DNA of 64,000 bases from Eledone cirrhosa (taxonomy: Eukaryota), in NCBI GenBank assembly GCA_964016885.1, contig OZ024743.1:252154001-252218000 (forward strand), in the 5' to 3' direction. Below are positions 28,326-42,589 of this stretch, in pieces (the first letter of the stretch is position 1; each line of letters opens with the position of its first letter). The position numbers were made by a program, and so were the translations under genes. The notes under the pieces are model-generated. The model was not told the origin of the DNA, did no database searches, and saw nothing but the letters and a program-made list of their open reading frames with translations.

Positions 28326-31300
28326 TCATCATCATCATCATCCCGTTCTTCCATGCTAGCATGGGTTAGACGGGTTGTCCTGTTGTGGGCAGTGTCTGGT
28401 CGGCTGACCATGCCTTGCTCATACAGGAACTGATTTTGGCTTGATTTCTACAACTGGATGCCCTTCCTAACACCAACTTCATTTACAGTGAGTGTTGGGT
28501 GCTTTTTCCGTGGCGCCTACACGTCCACTTTACAGTGTGGGCTGGGTGGTTTTTGCTGTGACACCTCCACGACCACCTTGCAGTGGGAGGGTGTGGGGGC
28601 ATATTGTCTATATGCTTCAGCTTGTAGCCATGGGAGGTCGGGTACTCTGTATTACTGCGTGACGCCAGAGGTCATGGTCGTGTGTCATCACCTTTGAGAG
28701 GTGTAATTGGGTAAGGTCGGCTTTTATCACCTCATCCCAGGTATTCTTGGGTCTCCCCACTCTGCGGTTTCCATTGACTTCTAGTGCTCTGCATCTTTTT
28801 ATGCAGCTGTCATCCTTCATGCGCATCACATGTCCGTACCAACGCAACCGCCTCTCTTGAACACAGCATTTGATTCCTCTTATGCTCAGTCTCTCAATTC
28901 ATTTATGCTTCGTCGTTCGCGTATATTACTATTACACATCCATCGGAGCATGCAGGCTTCGTTTCTTTCTAATCTACGTAAGTCTTCCACCTTCAGAGCC
29001 CAGGTCTCACTACCATGTAACATTGCTGTTCAGATACACGCATCATACAGTCTGCCTTTCATTTTGAGGGAGAAGCCTTTTGCAGCTAGCAATGGCTGTA
29101 GTTCTCTGAACTTCATCTATCCCGTTCTTACCCTAGTTATTGTATTTTCTGAACACCCACCTCCGCTGCTAAGGTCACCTAGGTAGCAGAAGCTGTCTAC
29201 TGTTTCTACAAAGCCATCCCAGAGATTGGTGCTACTTGTTCCCTGTGGCTGTTTGCTGCTTGCTGTCTCAGAACAGCTGCTGCATGCGAAGCCTACATTC
29301 TTAATTAAGCTTCCTGAGATCCCGCTACATCTCTTGTGTACACCTTGTTTGCCTTTGGGGCAGAGAATGGAGTTCCTACCTACACCTTTCTTACATACTG
29401 AGCAAAGCCATTTCCGTGAGGGGATCTGGGTTCTGTTTTCTCGTCTACTTACAAGGACCTTAGTCTTTGTCATGTTGACTTTGAGACATTTTCTTTCTAG
29501 TCTCTACTTCCAAGTTTGGAATTTCTTCTCTAGTTCTACTATAGATTCAGCTATAAGTGCAAGGTCATCAGCATACAGGAGTTCCAATAGGCATCCGGTC
29601 TTAAACCCCTCCGTTATTGCCTGCAGGACTATGATGAACAGGAGAGGGCTAAGAACAGAGCCCTGGTGGACACCAACCTGTACGCTAAATTCCTCGCTAT
29701 ACTCATTGCTAATTCTAACTTTGCTGACTGCTCCCCTGTACATGGCTTGTACAGCTTTCACAAGCCATTCATCTACTCCTAGTTTTCTAAGAGCCCACCA
29801 GATTACAGCACGTGGAACTCTGTCAAAGGCTTTCTCGAGATCGACAAATGCCAGGTAGAGTGGCTTACTTTTAGCTAGGTACTTTTCCTGTAACTGCCTC
29901 ACAAAGAAGAGGGCATCAGTGGTGCCTCTTCCTGGTACAAACCCAAATTGCATCTCATCTATTTTCACCCGGTCCCTAATCAACTGTGCTATAACTCTTT
30001 CTGTTACTTTCATGACCTGGTCCATCAGTTTTTTTACCTCTATAGTTTCCTCTACCTAGTGCATCACCTTTACCTTTGTAGCAGTTGACAATGATGCTAC
30101 TGCACCAATCTTTTGGTATGACTTCTTCTAGTATTACCTGGTTAAGAATACGTGTGGTTATAGTGTGACCTACAGACCCAGATGCCTTCAGCATCTCGGC
30201 AGCTATACCCGATGGACCGGTTGTCTTCCCCATCTTGATATCTTTGATTGCCTTACTTACTACGCTGCTGCTGACTTGTACTGCTGGCCCCTCTATAGGG
30301 TCTACTTGGGGTAGGTTCTCTTCTTCCCATGCATTCTCCTCATTTAGTAATCTATCATAATGGCTCTTCCATGTATCTTTGTTCTCAGCACTCGTGAGGG
30401 CAAGCTCACCTTTATCATTCCGGATACACTTCTCTCCAATGACATCACAATTCTCTCTGACACACTGCCTGGCAATCTTGAACACCTCCTATTTCTGGTC
30501 CTCGCGTTGCAAAACATGCTTGAATTTTCTATCCTCTGCTTCCCTCCTAGCTAAATATACTTGTCGCCTAGCTTCCCCCTTGGTCTCTATGTAATGTACC
30601 CTGCTCCCCCCGTTCTTCCATTCTTTCCATGTCTGTCTCTTGGCCTTAACTGCCTCATCTACCTTAGTGTTCCACCACCAAGTCACTCTCCGCCTGCTTG
30701 TGGTCTTACTCCAGCCACAGACCTCATCCGTTGGGAGGTACATTCCTCACTAGTGTATGCTTTTGTGTTTATGACCGTCCATCTGTCACGTCCTCTGATG
30801 AGGATAAAATCTATCTGACTAGAATGCTCCCCTGATCTATAGGTGATCAGGTGTTTGTCGGTTTTTTTGAAGTTTGTGTTACATATCGACATATCATTGG
30901 CGTCGCAGAATTCTAGAAGTCTGAATCCTTCCTCATTTCTTGTGCCAACCCCGTGGCCTCCATGGACTCTATTGAAGCCATCACAGTGTTTACCTATGTG
31001 TCTGTTAAAATCTCCTGCGATGATTAGGAAGTCATTGTCATTTGTTAGAGCAGTAGTGTGCATTAGGGACTCGTAAAATCTATCCTTAAGTTCGTCTGGC
31101 AACCCCGATTGGGGTGCGTAAGCAGATATTATTGTGGTAATTGTTTTATTCAGGACTAGTCTGAGTTTAATGATTCTTGAATTTACCCTGTACACTGAGA
31201 TTACTTTATCTACCCACTTGTCAGCTAGTAGTATACCTACACCACCCATCCCATCGTCATTTCCCACCCAGAAAAATTTGTAGCACTGACTTTTTCCTAC

Positions 31301-31398
31301 AAGGACTCTAGCAGACTCTCCTCTCCATCTAGTCTCTTGCACACAGCATACATCAATTTTCTTTCGCTCTAGCATTTCTACGATTTCTCCTGCACTTC

Positions 31399-31402
<4 letters not shown>
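28326..31402 (-). mobile_element. Near-full-length decayed RTE (APE + RT + PHD-like insert), (TA)n at both ends
   Basis: Collinear with ORF 56577-59831: CCVQETRW, AGDFN, LYADDL, RWYGHVMRM; several frameshifts; (GAT)n tail. Confidence 0.95.
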
Positions 31403-31482
<80 letters not shown>

Positions 31483-33073
31483 TTAAATTCAATGAAAGTA
31501 AATGAATCTTAACATAAGAGATGAAGAATTTCTGTTTTAACTTGTTTAATGTGTTTAATCTGTTCAGTGTGTGTGTTATGGTCCTTCTAGAAAGATCCAC
31601 AGTGTTGTCGTATGACTTAATCTTGTTTATTAAATAAAATGGTGATTGTGCAAAGCAAATTACGTATGTAGAAATGATGCCTTAACACACGTATTAACAA
31701 ATGCGGAATAAAGAACATAGAAACTTTGTTGAATGCCAACGCCACGTGAGGGTTATTTTGGTTAATTGAGACCCCCGCCCCCCTATCATCAACTGAGCAG
31801 TTGTTGTAGTTGATGGTTGTGATATTGATGGATGTTGTGGTTTTGCTGGTGAAGGTGGTGATGATTGTGATTGTGATGGATGTGATGTCGGTAGTGGTGG
31901 TACTATAGTGGTTGTGGTAGTAGTGATGGTGTGGTAGTGGTGGTGTGGTGTATTTTTAGTAAAAATAAAGTAAAAGTTTGTAATTAAATGTTTGTTCTGA
32001 GTAGATGAACGCCTGTCAAAACTGAAAGATCTTTACAGCAGGGTATGTGCGTGTATATATATGTATGTGTGTGCGAATATACATATATATGTGCGTATGT
32101 GTATATAAATATATATGTATATATGTGTACAACTGGATGTGTGTTTATGTGTGTGCATGTATTATTGAACAGAAATAGACTTCAAAAACCTAGCTGTGTT
32201 TAAGTAAAGGTAAAGAACTGATTGATTAAATCTGTTGGATTATATTCCACAGTAGAGTCTATATATATATATATATATTTATACACACACACACACATAG
32301 CGTATGTATATATAAGTATATCAATATATATAGTGTATGCTGTGTGTATATATATACATACACTTATACACAAGCTCATGAGTGAAATCTAATTTGATTT
32401 GCCAACAAACAAGGAGCACAGATAATAACTTCCAAAGTCTTTCTCTACAACTTACTTCTTGTGATATTGGGGAATTCTGAAGGAACAAAGCAACTATGAC
32501 TATATTGATTCTTACGAAAGTCCCATACATCTATGTATATATATATATATATATACACACATATAAATATATATATATATACATACATATATATATATAT
32601 AAGAATGTATATAAGTATGTGTGTGTATATATGTATAAATATATATATATATATATATATAAAGACGTTGCTGGTATATGTTTTGTGCCTTACATCCAAC
32701 TAAAGTTTACAACACATGTCTACCTTAAAGACACCTATTATTCTATATTCATTTCGGTTGTTGTTGCCATAGTTGTTACTGTTGTTGTTGCTGCTGTTAT
32801 TGTTAGTGTCTTTGTTATTCTTTTTGCCCTTCTTATTGTTGTTTTTGCTACTGTTATTGTTGTTCCTCCTGTCGCTGTAGTTGTAGTGGAATAGCTCCTG
32901 CCAAACTCACTATAGCATCATGGCAGTCAAACAGACAACTAATAGATATCCATTAATCTAATGTTTCAGATGCCTCATGGTGTCATTTTTAAAAAGATTA
33001 ATCACACTACAAATTCAACATTTCGGTATTTATCATAAGGGTGCTGTATAGTGTATGGCTGATATCAAATGAA

Positions 33074-34250
33074 TTAACCCTTTTAATACCAATCCACAAT
33101 GAGCCACCTCTTGTTTTTGAAGCCAAGCACTCTTTGTAAAGGACTCCATTAATTTTATGTAAGAACCCTTTGTTGAGTTACTATCTTAGTAATGAAATAA
33201 TTAATAATTTTATAAATACCTCAAGAATCTTCATTAACCCTTTTGATACCAACCTGATTGAAATTGGCTCTGGTTTTATGAAACAAAACCACACGTTTTA
33301 AATGGTTCCTATTTAAATTAAAATCTTCCAACATAATTTGATATAAGAACTTTTCATTAAGTTATATTAGAGATACCATTTTAATAACGAAACAATTGAT
33401 AGTTTTAGTAAATCACCTCAAACTTCTTCATTAATTATTTAAAATACAGTATATTTCATTAGAAAGGGTCAATGACTGTTTCTTTCAGTCTACTAACAGT
33501 CATTTGTAATTGAGTATGACTTGGTAGCAGAAAAGATTTTTCTTTCAAATTTAGCCATTTTGGTACCAACTCATTAAAAACCATTCATTTTAAAAGGTTC
33601 CTATTCTTTTTTTAGAGTTATATACAGACATGATAGGTGTTTATTTGTTTTATTTAAGAAGCTACTGGATTTATTAATCAATGTAAAGTACAAGTACATA
33701 TTGAGCAGTATCTAAGAAAAATAAAACACACTATTAGAGGGAACAGCAAAACAAGAACAGAAATGAAATGAAAAGGAAAGCAGAATCAAATAATGAAAGA
33801 AAAGAAGAAGGGGAGGAAGAGTCATACACCCAGTTTGAGCAGTGTCTCAACTGCACTCAGTGGACAAAAGAGCAAAAGCGTTACCATGGAGAATGGTCAA
33901 GTGGGCTGCTGTCTTTTCAACATTATAGACGAGATCAGAAGTGCAGGGATCAAGGACGCCAGAATTCTCAATGGAGACTGGTGCAAAGAGGAAGTTGTCA
34001 GTCAGGCCCTGGTATTTGACTGTCTTTCTCTCCTCCACATTGTGCGCAGTGAGGCCCAGATGTGTGGCCAAAATGACAAGGTTGGAGGTGGTTCCTATTT
34101 AAATTACAATCTTCCAATATCATTTTACACAAGAATCTTAAGAATCTTAGTAATGAAATAATTAATAAGTTTAGAAAATCTCTTAAAATATTTCCCTAAT
34201 TAATTGAAATAGGGTGTATTTCATTAGAAATATGGTCATGACTCTGTTAA
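33074..34250. mobile_element. Cluster of piggyBac-like MITE remnants (also 35657-36112 and ~48000-48110)
   Basis: Units start TTAA-CCCTTTT.ATACCAA and related copies end ttcattagaaatatggtaacaaAAGGG-TTA(A). Confidence 0.6.
33606..34089 (-). mobile_element. 5'-truncated RLE-type (CRE-like) non-LTR fragment with 10-bp TSD
   Basis: EERKTVKYQGL..NFLFAPVSIENSGVL..HGNA restriction-like endonuclease C-terminus; ggttcctatt at 33596-33605 and 34090-34099; short A tail. Confidence 0.7.
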
Positions 34251-36390
34251 CGAAGTAACTCCATTAGTGATGCTTTTCTGTTTCTTGAGACTGTAGATGA
34301 AATGTACTGGTACAATCCTGTCAATAATTATTGCAGAATATTGTTGACAGAGCTACCTTGCTTGGGCTAATTCTCTCTTTATTTCTTCTTGTTACACCCA
34401 GTTCAAATCTACAACTTTTACTCCTTTATATAAAGATCTCAGTCAAGCAATGACTTCTCCCAGTTAGTCACAATCAAGCCATCCATTTCATTGAAATGGC
34501 ATTTGATTACCTTCTCCATAAATTAAAACAAAAATTATTTGTCAAACCATAAAGTTGTGAGACATAAATAGTATGCATAAACACATGTGCAAATACACTC
34601 ACACACATTCACACACATCATCATCAACATCACCTTCTAACATTTATTTTTGCATGTTTGCATGGGTTAGATGGGATGTCCATGTTATGAGACAAGTCTG
34701 GCCAGTTGGCCATATCATACCTTACACAAATGGAACTGTATTTTGACTGTTATTTTTACAGCTGGATGCCCTTCCTAATACCAATCATATATACAGTGTG
34801 GAACTGAGTGGTCCCATTATGAGGAATGTCTGACTAGTTGGCTGTACCATATCTTGCTCATAATGGAACCATATTTTGGGAGCTGAGTGGTTCCACTATG
34901 AGAAAGGTCTGGCTAGTTGGCCGTACCATAACTTGTTCATAGTAGGAACATGTTTTGGCTGGCTTTTTACAATTGCTGGATGCCCTTCCTAACAACAACC
35001 AGGTTTATAATATGGGACTGAGTGGTCCTGCTATGAAGCATATATATGTATATGTATATAAGATATATATATGTATGTAAATTGTAAACAGAAATAACAA
35101 AACAATCAGCACAGTACATGAGAGGAATATATTAGTTTAACACTTGAAATAGCAGGAAGAGGGTCTTAACATTTTGGATGCTTGTGTATATATATATATA
35201 CATATATTTATAGTAAATGAGTGAAGAATAACGTGGATTGGCTGCACAATAGGGTTTATTCAAAGTTTTAACAATTGTTTCATTAGTCCAGTGTGTCTAA
35301 ACAGAAATAACAAAAATAACAAAACAAAGAGCAATTCTGTATGTGCAAGACATGATCATCTGATCTGACTTGTCTCACAATTGGACAACACCTCTAACCC
35401 ATGCTAGCATGGAAAAATGGACATAAAACAGTGCAGATGATGATGATGATATATGTAAGATGAGCACTACACAGTTTCCTACTGTCATATTTGACACACA
35501 ACAATACAGTAGACGACACTTTCCCAAGGTGCCAGCATGAAGTAGAACTGAACCCAAAACAATGTGGTTGTGAAGTAAACTCCTTCACCACACAGCTCTG
35601 CTAACCAAGGTTTCAAACTACGATCTAAACCATTACATTCAGGATAGGTTTACAAGTTAACTCTTTAGATATAAAACTGCCTGAAAACACTCATTGTTCT
35701 AAAACTGATACAAAACTGTTAATTTCAAATATATTTATCTAAAAACCTTCCATTACAATTCTATGTAAGAACGTGTGTTATGTTATGTTCCACAAACAAA
35801 CTTAATAATGAGAAATTTACTTATAATACTAAATTCCTCCAATTATTTATTTTCAAATTTTTTGAAAATAATAGACAGTGGCTTTCATTAGAACTATGGT
35901 AACAAAAGGGTTATTGTGTATATATTTATTTAAAAAGCTTCCATCACAATTTTATATAAGAACCTTGTTAAATAGTGTTCCAAACAACACTTTAATAAAG
36001 AAAATGTTAATTAGATCACTAAATTCCTTCAATTTCCTGATCGTTTTCAAAATTGTTTTTTAAATCATAGACAGTGTCTTTCATTAGAAATATGGTAACA
36101 AAAAGAGTTAACTCCTAGACTACAGTATCTGTCTACAGATTTTTACATGCAGTTTAGTTATTCTGTCCATGTTTGGCAGAATTCTTTGCTCTACTTGTGC
36201 AAAGTGTTACAAATTTATGCTGCCTAATTTGTCTTTGTGATAAGCAGCAAAAATAATTAATATTTTACATTTAACGCCACTAAATTCGTCTGTCTTCTAA
36301 TTGGAAAACATTCCACTTATCAACACTTCAGACTTTTCTCATCATATTGCCACATTATTCTTCTAAAACAAAATACTTTTCCATCCTCAT

Positions 36391-36565
<175 letters not shown>

Positions 36566-37849
36566 CTTTCTACACATCCTCCTCTTCCATCCCCCCTTCC
36601 CCTTCTCTCCTTTCTTACTCTCTTAGAACTTGAAAGATTTAAGATAATCATTAATTGTTTCTCTGTTCTAGTTTCTCTGTGTCTTGGTGTTTGTTGATTG
36701 GCTAATAATATTAGCTAATGGTTTATAGAAATACATAAAGGACTTTAGTCATAGCAGAGAGACTGGCTACTAATTTTGATTTGAGGTCATTGATCAGAGA
36801 ATATCAGTCCAAAGGTGGGGAGAGATGCATTTCACAGATGCTCAAAGATAAAGATAGATAACTATTAGGTTTGGTTGACAGCTGTGTCAGACACAGTTAT
36901 AAACTTCTGATTGAGATAAGACAACAATTAAATCTATACTCCCTCTCTTGATAATTTATATATTCATTATTGAGACCTCCACCAGTGCCCTCATTCCCCA
37001 CACTGCCACAGAGGAGATGAAGATAACTAAACACCAAACATTGTCTGATCATCTCATCTTGTGCTGGTCACCACTAGGTCTGCTGGTCACCATTGGACCG
37101 CCTATGTCCTTGATCTCTGGACTGTCACAGAGGAGCAAACGTTTACAAAATACCAGGCATTGACTGACCATCTCTTGTGCTGGTCATCACTCCTGGTCAT
37201 CCTCCTGGAATGATACAGAGGATTGGAAGATGATTAAATACCAAGCATTTACTGACCATTTCGTTTTTAGGCCATTCATTATTAACACATCCTGTATCCT
37301 TGGCCCCTGAGCTGCCATTTTTCTTCTGCCAAAACAGAACAAAAGTATCATGTTTATGGAAAAATACCTATGAGGTGGAATGTTTGAAGCAGCAGGTATT
37401 GCTGCCTATTCTCTGTCACAAGGCTTTTGCTATTTTATCCATGTGGCAAGCTGAGATATATTATCCTGCTAAGGCAATAATTTTTTCCCATCTTCCTCAC
37501 CCTTTCTTTTTCTTTCTTTATCATTCTTATAGCTATTATGCAATTTTAAATGATAATCCAGCCCACACATACAGACAAATATATTTATGTCAAATCTGAT
37601 AAATTTGGAAAAAGAAATTGTGAAATAATTATTTCTATATCTCTATAATGTTTTGGTGAAACAACATATCACTCTATAGGAATGTCACAGCAATTAGAGT
37701 CAGCCCAAACCCCACAATATTCAGTCCCCCAGATATACTTTAACAATTTATATATATGCTAACATGGTATCCTCTTCTACTGCCACATATTTCTGAAGTG
37801 ATAAAAGCTGATCCTATGCTACAACAACAAAAGTACAAGGTCCATCCCA

Positions 37850-38253
37850 TGTGGTCATGTTGGTGACACAAGAAAAAGTACCCAGTCTACACAGTAAGAT
37901 AGTTGTGCTGGTGACATGAAAAAAGGTGTCCAGCCCATACTGCAAGGTTTTCGTATTGGTGACACAAGAAAAAGCACTCAATCTACACTGTCAGGTGGTC
38001 ATGTTGGTGGCACAACAAAAAGCACCCAGCTCACTCTGTTAGGTTGTCATTCTAGTCCCATGGTAAAAAGCACCCAGCACACATTGTAATGTGATTGGTG
38101 TTAAGAAGGGCATCCAGCCACAGAAACCAAGGTAAAATACAAATACATATGAGCAAGTCCTGGTCTCTGGCCCTAACTTGTCTCATAATGTGACAACCAA
38201 TCTATCTAACCCATGCAAGAATGTAAAAATGGAGGTTAATGATGATGATGATA
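37850..38253 (+). mobile_element. RTE/SINE 3' UTR with ~5 tandem ~47-bp units and (GAT)n tail
   Basis: Repeated gtggtcatgttggtgacacaagaaaaagcacccag..cactgt then ttggtgttaagaagggcatccagc..aacccatgcaag..gatgatgat. Confidence 0.7.
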
Positions 38254-39794
38254 ATACACACGTGTATGTTATTGTGTATGTGTCTGTGTTTATGTGTGCG
38301 TGTGTTTGTGTCTATGTTTATGTCCCATAGCTTAATAGATTGACAAAGGATCAAAAGTGTTGCTGTTGTTGTTGTTCAGCCATCTTGCTCTTCCATTTTG
38401 TCCATATATATTTTTGTTTACAAGTGTATTTACACATGCCCACACAAACATGCACTCACATACATGCACTCACAAATATGCACATACACATATGCACACA
38501 CATACATATACATACAGACACACACAGATACTACAATATATCACATCTGACACTAACAATTCTCCCCATCAACCCCTGAAAAGATGAAAGCTAAAGTTAA
38601 CACAGCAGGGTTTGAACTCAGTGTGCAGAGATCCAGAATAATTAATATGCTCTAATGGCTCTGTCAATTTGTTTCTTATTTACACATGTACTTAAATATC
38701 TAGAGGTGCTAATATGTTCACATATGCATAAATCTATGTGCATTTGTGAATTTCTCTTGCCAGTTATTCAGATGCAATGCAATACATGTCAGTGCACACA
38801 CATACATACAGATTTATACATACAAATATATATGTATACATACACATGCAGGCATTCACATGTACATACATATGCAAGTACACATACTCACATATATAGA
38901 CACAGAGGCACTCGTCTGCAATAACACATGTACATATATATATGCAAGCACACATGTACACATATTTATATATAAGCACTCACATGCAAGTACACATGCA
39001 CACATGTGCATGCAGGCATTCACATTCATATACATCTGCAAGTGCACATGACCACATAAATAAGCATGCAGACACATGCATCTGCTTGCATACATATACA
39101 CCAGTACAAACATGCACATGCAACATGCACGTATGCATACATCCATATGCAAGGAAACACATACACAAATATATACAACTACACATGTACACATATACAT
39201 ACATGCACTCACATACATATACCTACAAATTGACATTCACTTATAGATTCATTTATGCACACACACACACATAAACATACAAATATATCCCCACATACAC
39301 TTTCAAGTACACATGCAGACATGCATATATAAACACCTCCAACTACAGGTATAAGCATAGGTAAATGTATAAAATCAACATACATACAGGTGCACATATT
39401 GGAATATATTTGTCACCATTTACAGAAAAATAATGATACACATATAAATCTACATACATATATGCTTATATGTATATATAAGTAATATGTATGCATATTA
39501 CAATATATACATATGTACACACTGTTGGATGGTTGTTGACTCTCCTCAGTTCATACACTCTTTGACAGGTTTTGTCTTTCATCTTGTAGTATGCCTCCAA
39601 ATCACCCTCCTCATCAAGTAAGATTCATTAGATTCCAGGTTGAGTTGTTGATGATCCTAAAAGGTGACAGGTTGTACTGAGCTACATGTTACCAGTACTG
39701 CTCAATAGAAATCTCTCTCTCTCTCCCCCTCTCTCTCTCTCTTCTCTCTCTCTCTCCCTCTCTCTCTCTTTATCTATCTATCTATATCTAAGTC

Positions 39795-40070
39795 TAAAGT
39801 CTGTCTTAAGCCAGAAGGCTCATTTGGCCTGTGCTTATCCTGGTTTCATGGCGTGAAGTGACTGAGAGTACAAGACACCCCCCTGGACAGGACGCCAGTC
39901 CATCGCAGGGTTAAACCTCCAGCTATTGCTGGTACTCATTTTCAGCTGAGTATACTGGAGCAACATGAAATGAAGTGCTTTGCTCAAGAACACAACACGC
40001 AACCCAGGAATTGAGCCCACAACATTATGATCGTAAGTCCAACAATCTTACCACTAGGCCACGTGCCTCA
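39795..40070 (-). mobile_element. tRNA-derived SINE with the same head/core as 18688 but a different, V-domain-like 3' half
   Basis: Reverse complement: gaggcacgtggcctagtgg..ttcttgagcaaagcactt..ctcagctg..ccctgcgatggactggcgtcctgtccagggg. Confidence 0.8.
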
Positions 40071-40090
40071 CATCTCTCTATCTCTCTATC

Positions 40091-40319
<229 letters not shown>

Positions 40320-40370
40320 CAAATAAAATAACAGGAGGCTGGGCTGGTGTAAATCCTTGAAAAGTTTATT

Positions 40371-40428
40371 ATACTATGATCATTTCAATGACCGGGTTCC
40401 GTATGAATCCGGTGATATCATCAGGTAT
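40371..40428 (-). ncRNA. Type I hammerhead ribozyme, canonical core
   Basis: AUAC-CUGAUGA-..ACCGG..CCGGU..-GAAA-UGAUCA-UA-GUAU; stem III palindrome AUGAUCAU; about 50 nt from a long (TA)n. Confidence 0.85.
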
Positions 40429-41190
40429 TCGAAATATAACAAAGGAATATATAAAATCCATGGGTCCGAAAATCAGAGACAGAGGACGACTGACCAACTA
40501 GCTGCCATCACCTCAGTCAGTCGCCCTCAAGTGATGGCAACTCAGTCTACTAATGACCATCTGGTGATGGGGCAAAGGCTTATAATGTACTACTACCTCT
40601 CCGTCATAGAATAAAAAAAGAGAAGAAAGAAAGAAAGAAAGAAGAAAAGTCAGCGTAAGGGTCACACTACAGTCATGCTAGAGGACGCCGCGAAAAATGT
40701 TATTCCAAAGAACCCATAGTTTAACAAAGGCATATATATGGGTGTCTGTATGGTCTAATGTGTAAACAGAAAATTGGAACGTTAACTTATGTTAAGTGTT
40801 ATAGGATGAAATTAAATTATTAGAAAATTAATAGAAAATTAAAGGTTTATGTTGCTAGATTTATTCAGAGAGAGTCTTATATGAAAAAGTTTAAGTTTAT
40901 TATAGGGAATCTCGATAAGTTATCAAGGTGGGATATATCCCACCTTGATAACTTATCGAGATTCCCTATAATACACTTAAACTTACCTTTGTCAGAGTTG
41001 AACAAAAGGGCAACGATGGTTGCCGAACACTGTACGGCTTAAATCGGGCTGTTTGTTAACAAACAAACCGAACATTATAATAAATGTTCGGTAAACCCAT
41101 ACGTACATATATATATATGTGCACATTTATTTATATATATACATACTACTGTACGTCTGTATACATATATGTATGTATATATGTATGTAT

Positions 41191-41533
41191 GGAGGCACAT
41201 GGCTTAGTGGTTAGAGCATTGGCCTTGCAATCGAAAGGTTGTGAGTTCAATTCTCAGACCGGGTGATGTGTTGTTTCCTTGAGCAAGACACTTTATTTCA
41301 CATTGCTCCAGTTTACTCAGCTGTAGAAATGAGATGATAGGGACTGGGGTCCTTATCATTCCACTGCAAAGTGTTGGTGGAGGTGCCACGGCAAAAAAGC
41401 ACGCAGCACTCACTGTAAATGAGGTTGGTGTTAGGAAGGGCCTCCAGCTGTAGAAATCAAGCCAAAATCAGTTCCCATCCCACCCTTGCAAGCAGGGAAA
41501 AAGCGGATGTAAAATGAAATGATGATGAAATGA
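41191..41533 (+). mobile_element. Full-length tRNA/CORE/RTE-tail SINE
   Basis: Near-identical to 18688-19022. Confidence 0.9.
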
Positions 41534-41732
41534 TGTATACATACATACTTACATTTAAGTAACAGCCGTACTAAGAGTGAGAAATGAAATTTCATTTCAT
41601 TCTTTTCCATTTATCGTTTTCGGTACGCCCGGCTGACTAACTCACTCGATATGCAAATTAGGCTGCTCAGCTGTAAATATGCATAAGGAAAGTATATGCT
41701 TTCAAACGTTCAATCATCTGACAGGAAGATAT

Positions 41733-41775
41733 ACGATGCTGACAATAGCTAATAAGCTTGAAACTAGTTCATCGT
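41733..41775 (+). ncRNA. Minimal type I hammerhead (G8A in this copy)
   Basis: ACGAUG-CUGACAA-uAGCU-aaua-AGCUu-GAAA-CUAG-UU-CAUCGU. The truncated copy at 44177 keeps cGA, implying an ancestral CUGACGA. Confidence 0.8.
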
Positions 41776-42589
41776 TCCTTTGTCAGTGTTGAACAAAAGG
41801 GTGACGATATTTGCCGAACACTGTACGGCTTAATTCGGGCTGTTTGTTTACAAATAAACCGAACATTATAATAAATGTTTGGTAAACCCATACGTACATA
41901 TATATATATGTGTGCATGTATGTACATAGTACTGTACGTCTGTATACATATATGTATGTACGTATACATACTTACATTTAAGTATATATAAATATATATA
42001 ATGTATGTATAATTAACAAAACACAGTGAAGTTTAAAAATATGGGTTATTAAAATGCTTTACAATGTTCAGAGCATAAAAGTCCTAGTCTGAAAACTTCA
42101 GTGTATTTTACCACTCTGGTGATTTCCTTGGAGAATATCTGAATATTGGACTTGTTCTGCTTTGATGCACCAGATGAGTTTCCACATACTTCAACAGAAG
42201 GCAAACTTTTGACAAGCTCATGAATTCTTGGAAAACAACTCTACTATACATACACACACATATTACACACACACACATACACACACACACACTCACTCAT
42301 ACACACACACCCACAAAGTGTTGCGTAAAAGAAACATGCAGCTATAATCAAACTTGATCAAGGATAACACTGACTTGAATTTAAAAGATATCTACTTGAA
42401 CTCCACTTCTATACATACTCCAGCCTTGTTGTTGTTACTGTTATTGTACTGTATATATTTCATGCTATCTTTACCAATTCTTAGTTTCCTTCTAGACTCA
42501 GTAATCTCAGCAATAGCCAGTTATGTAATCTAATTAAACAGAAACCCTGCTGGTTGTCTGTTTCTCAGTCTGTCTGTTTGTTAGTATGT

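Larger units (their letters stand above)
40986..41985 (+). mobile_element. Partial tandem of non-coding hammerhead repeat family D (SINE nested at 41191-41533)
   Basis: 40986-41190 repeats at 41777-41960; hammerhead at 41733-41775. Confidence 0.75.

Noticed and set aside
37850-38100. CRISPR-like repeat array
   Set aside because: Degenerate tandem copies of an RTE 3' UTR motif without unique spacers; eukaryotic context and no cas genes.
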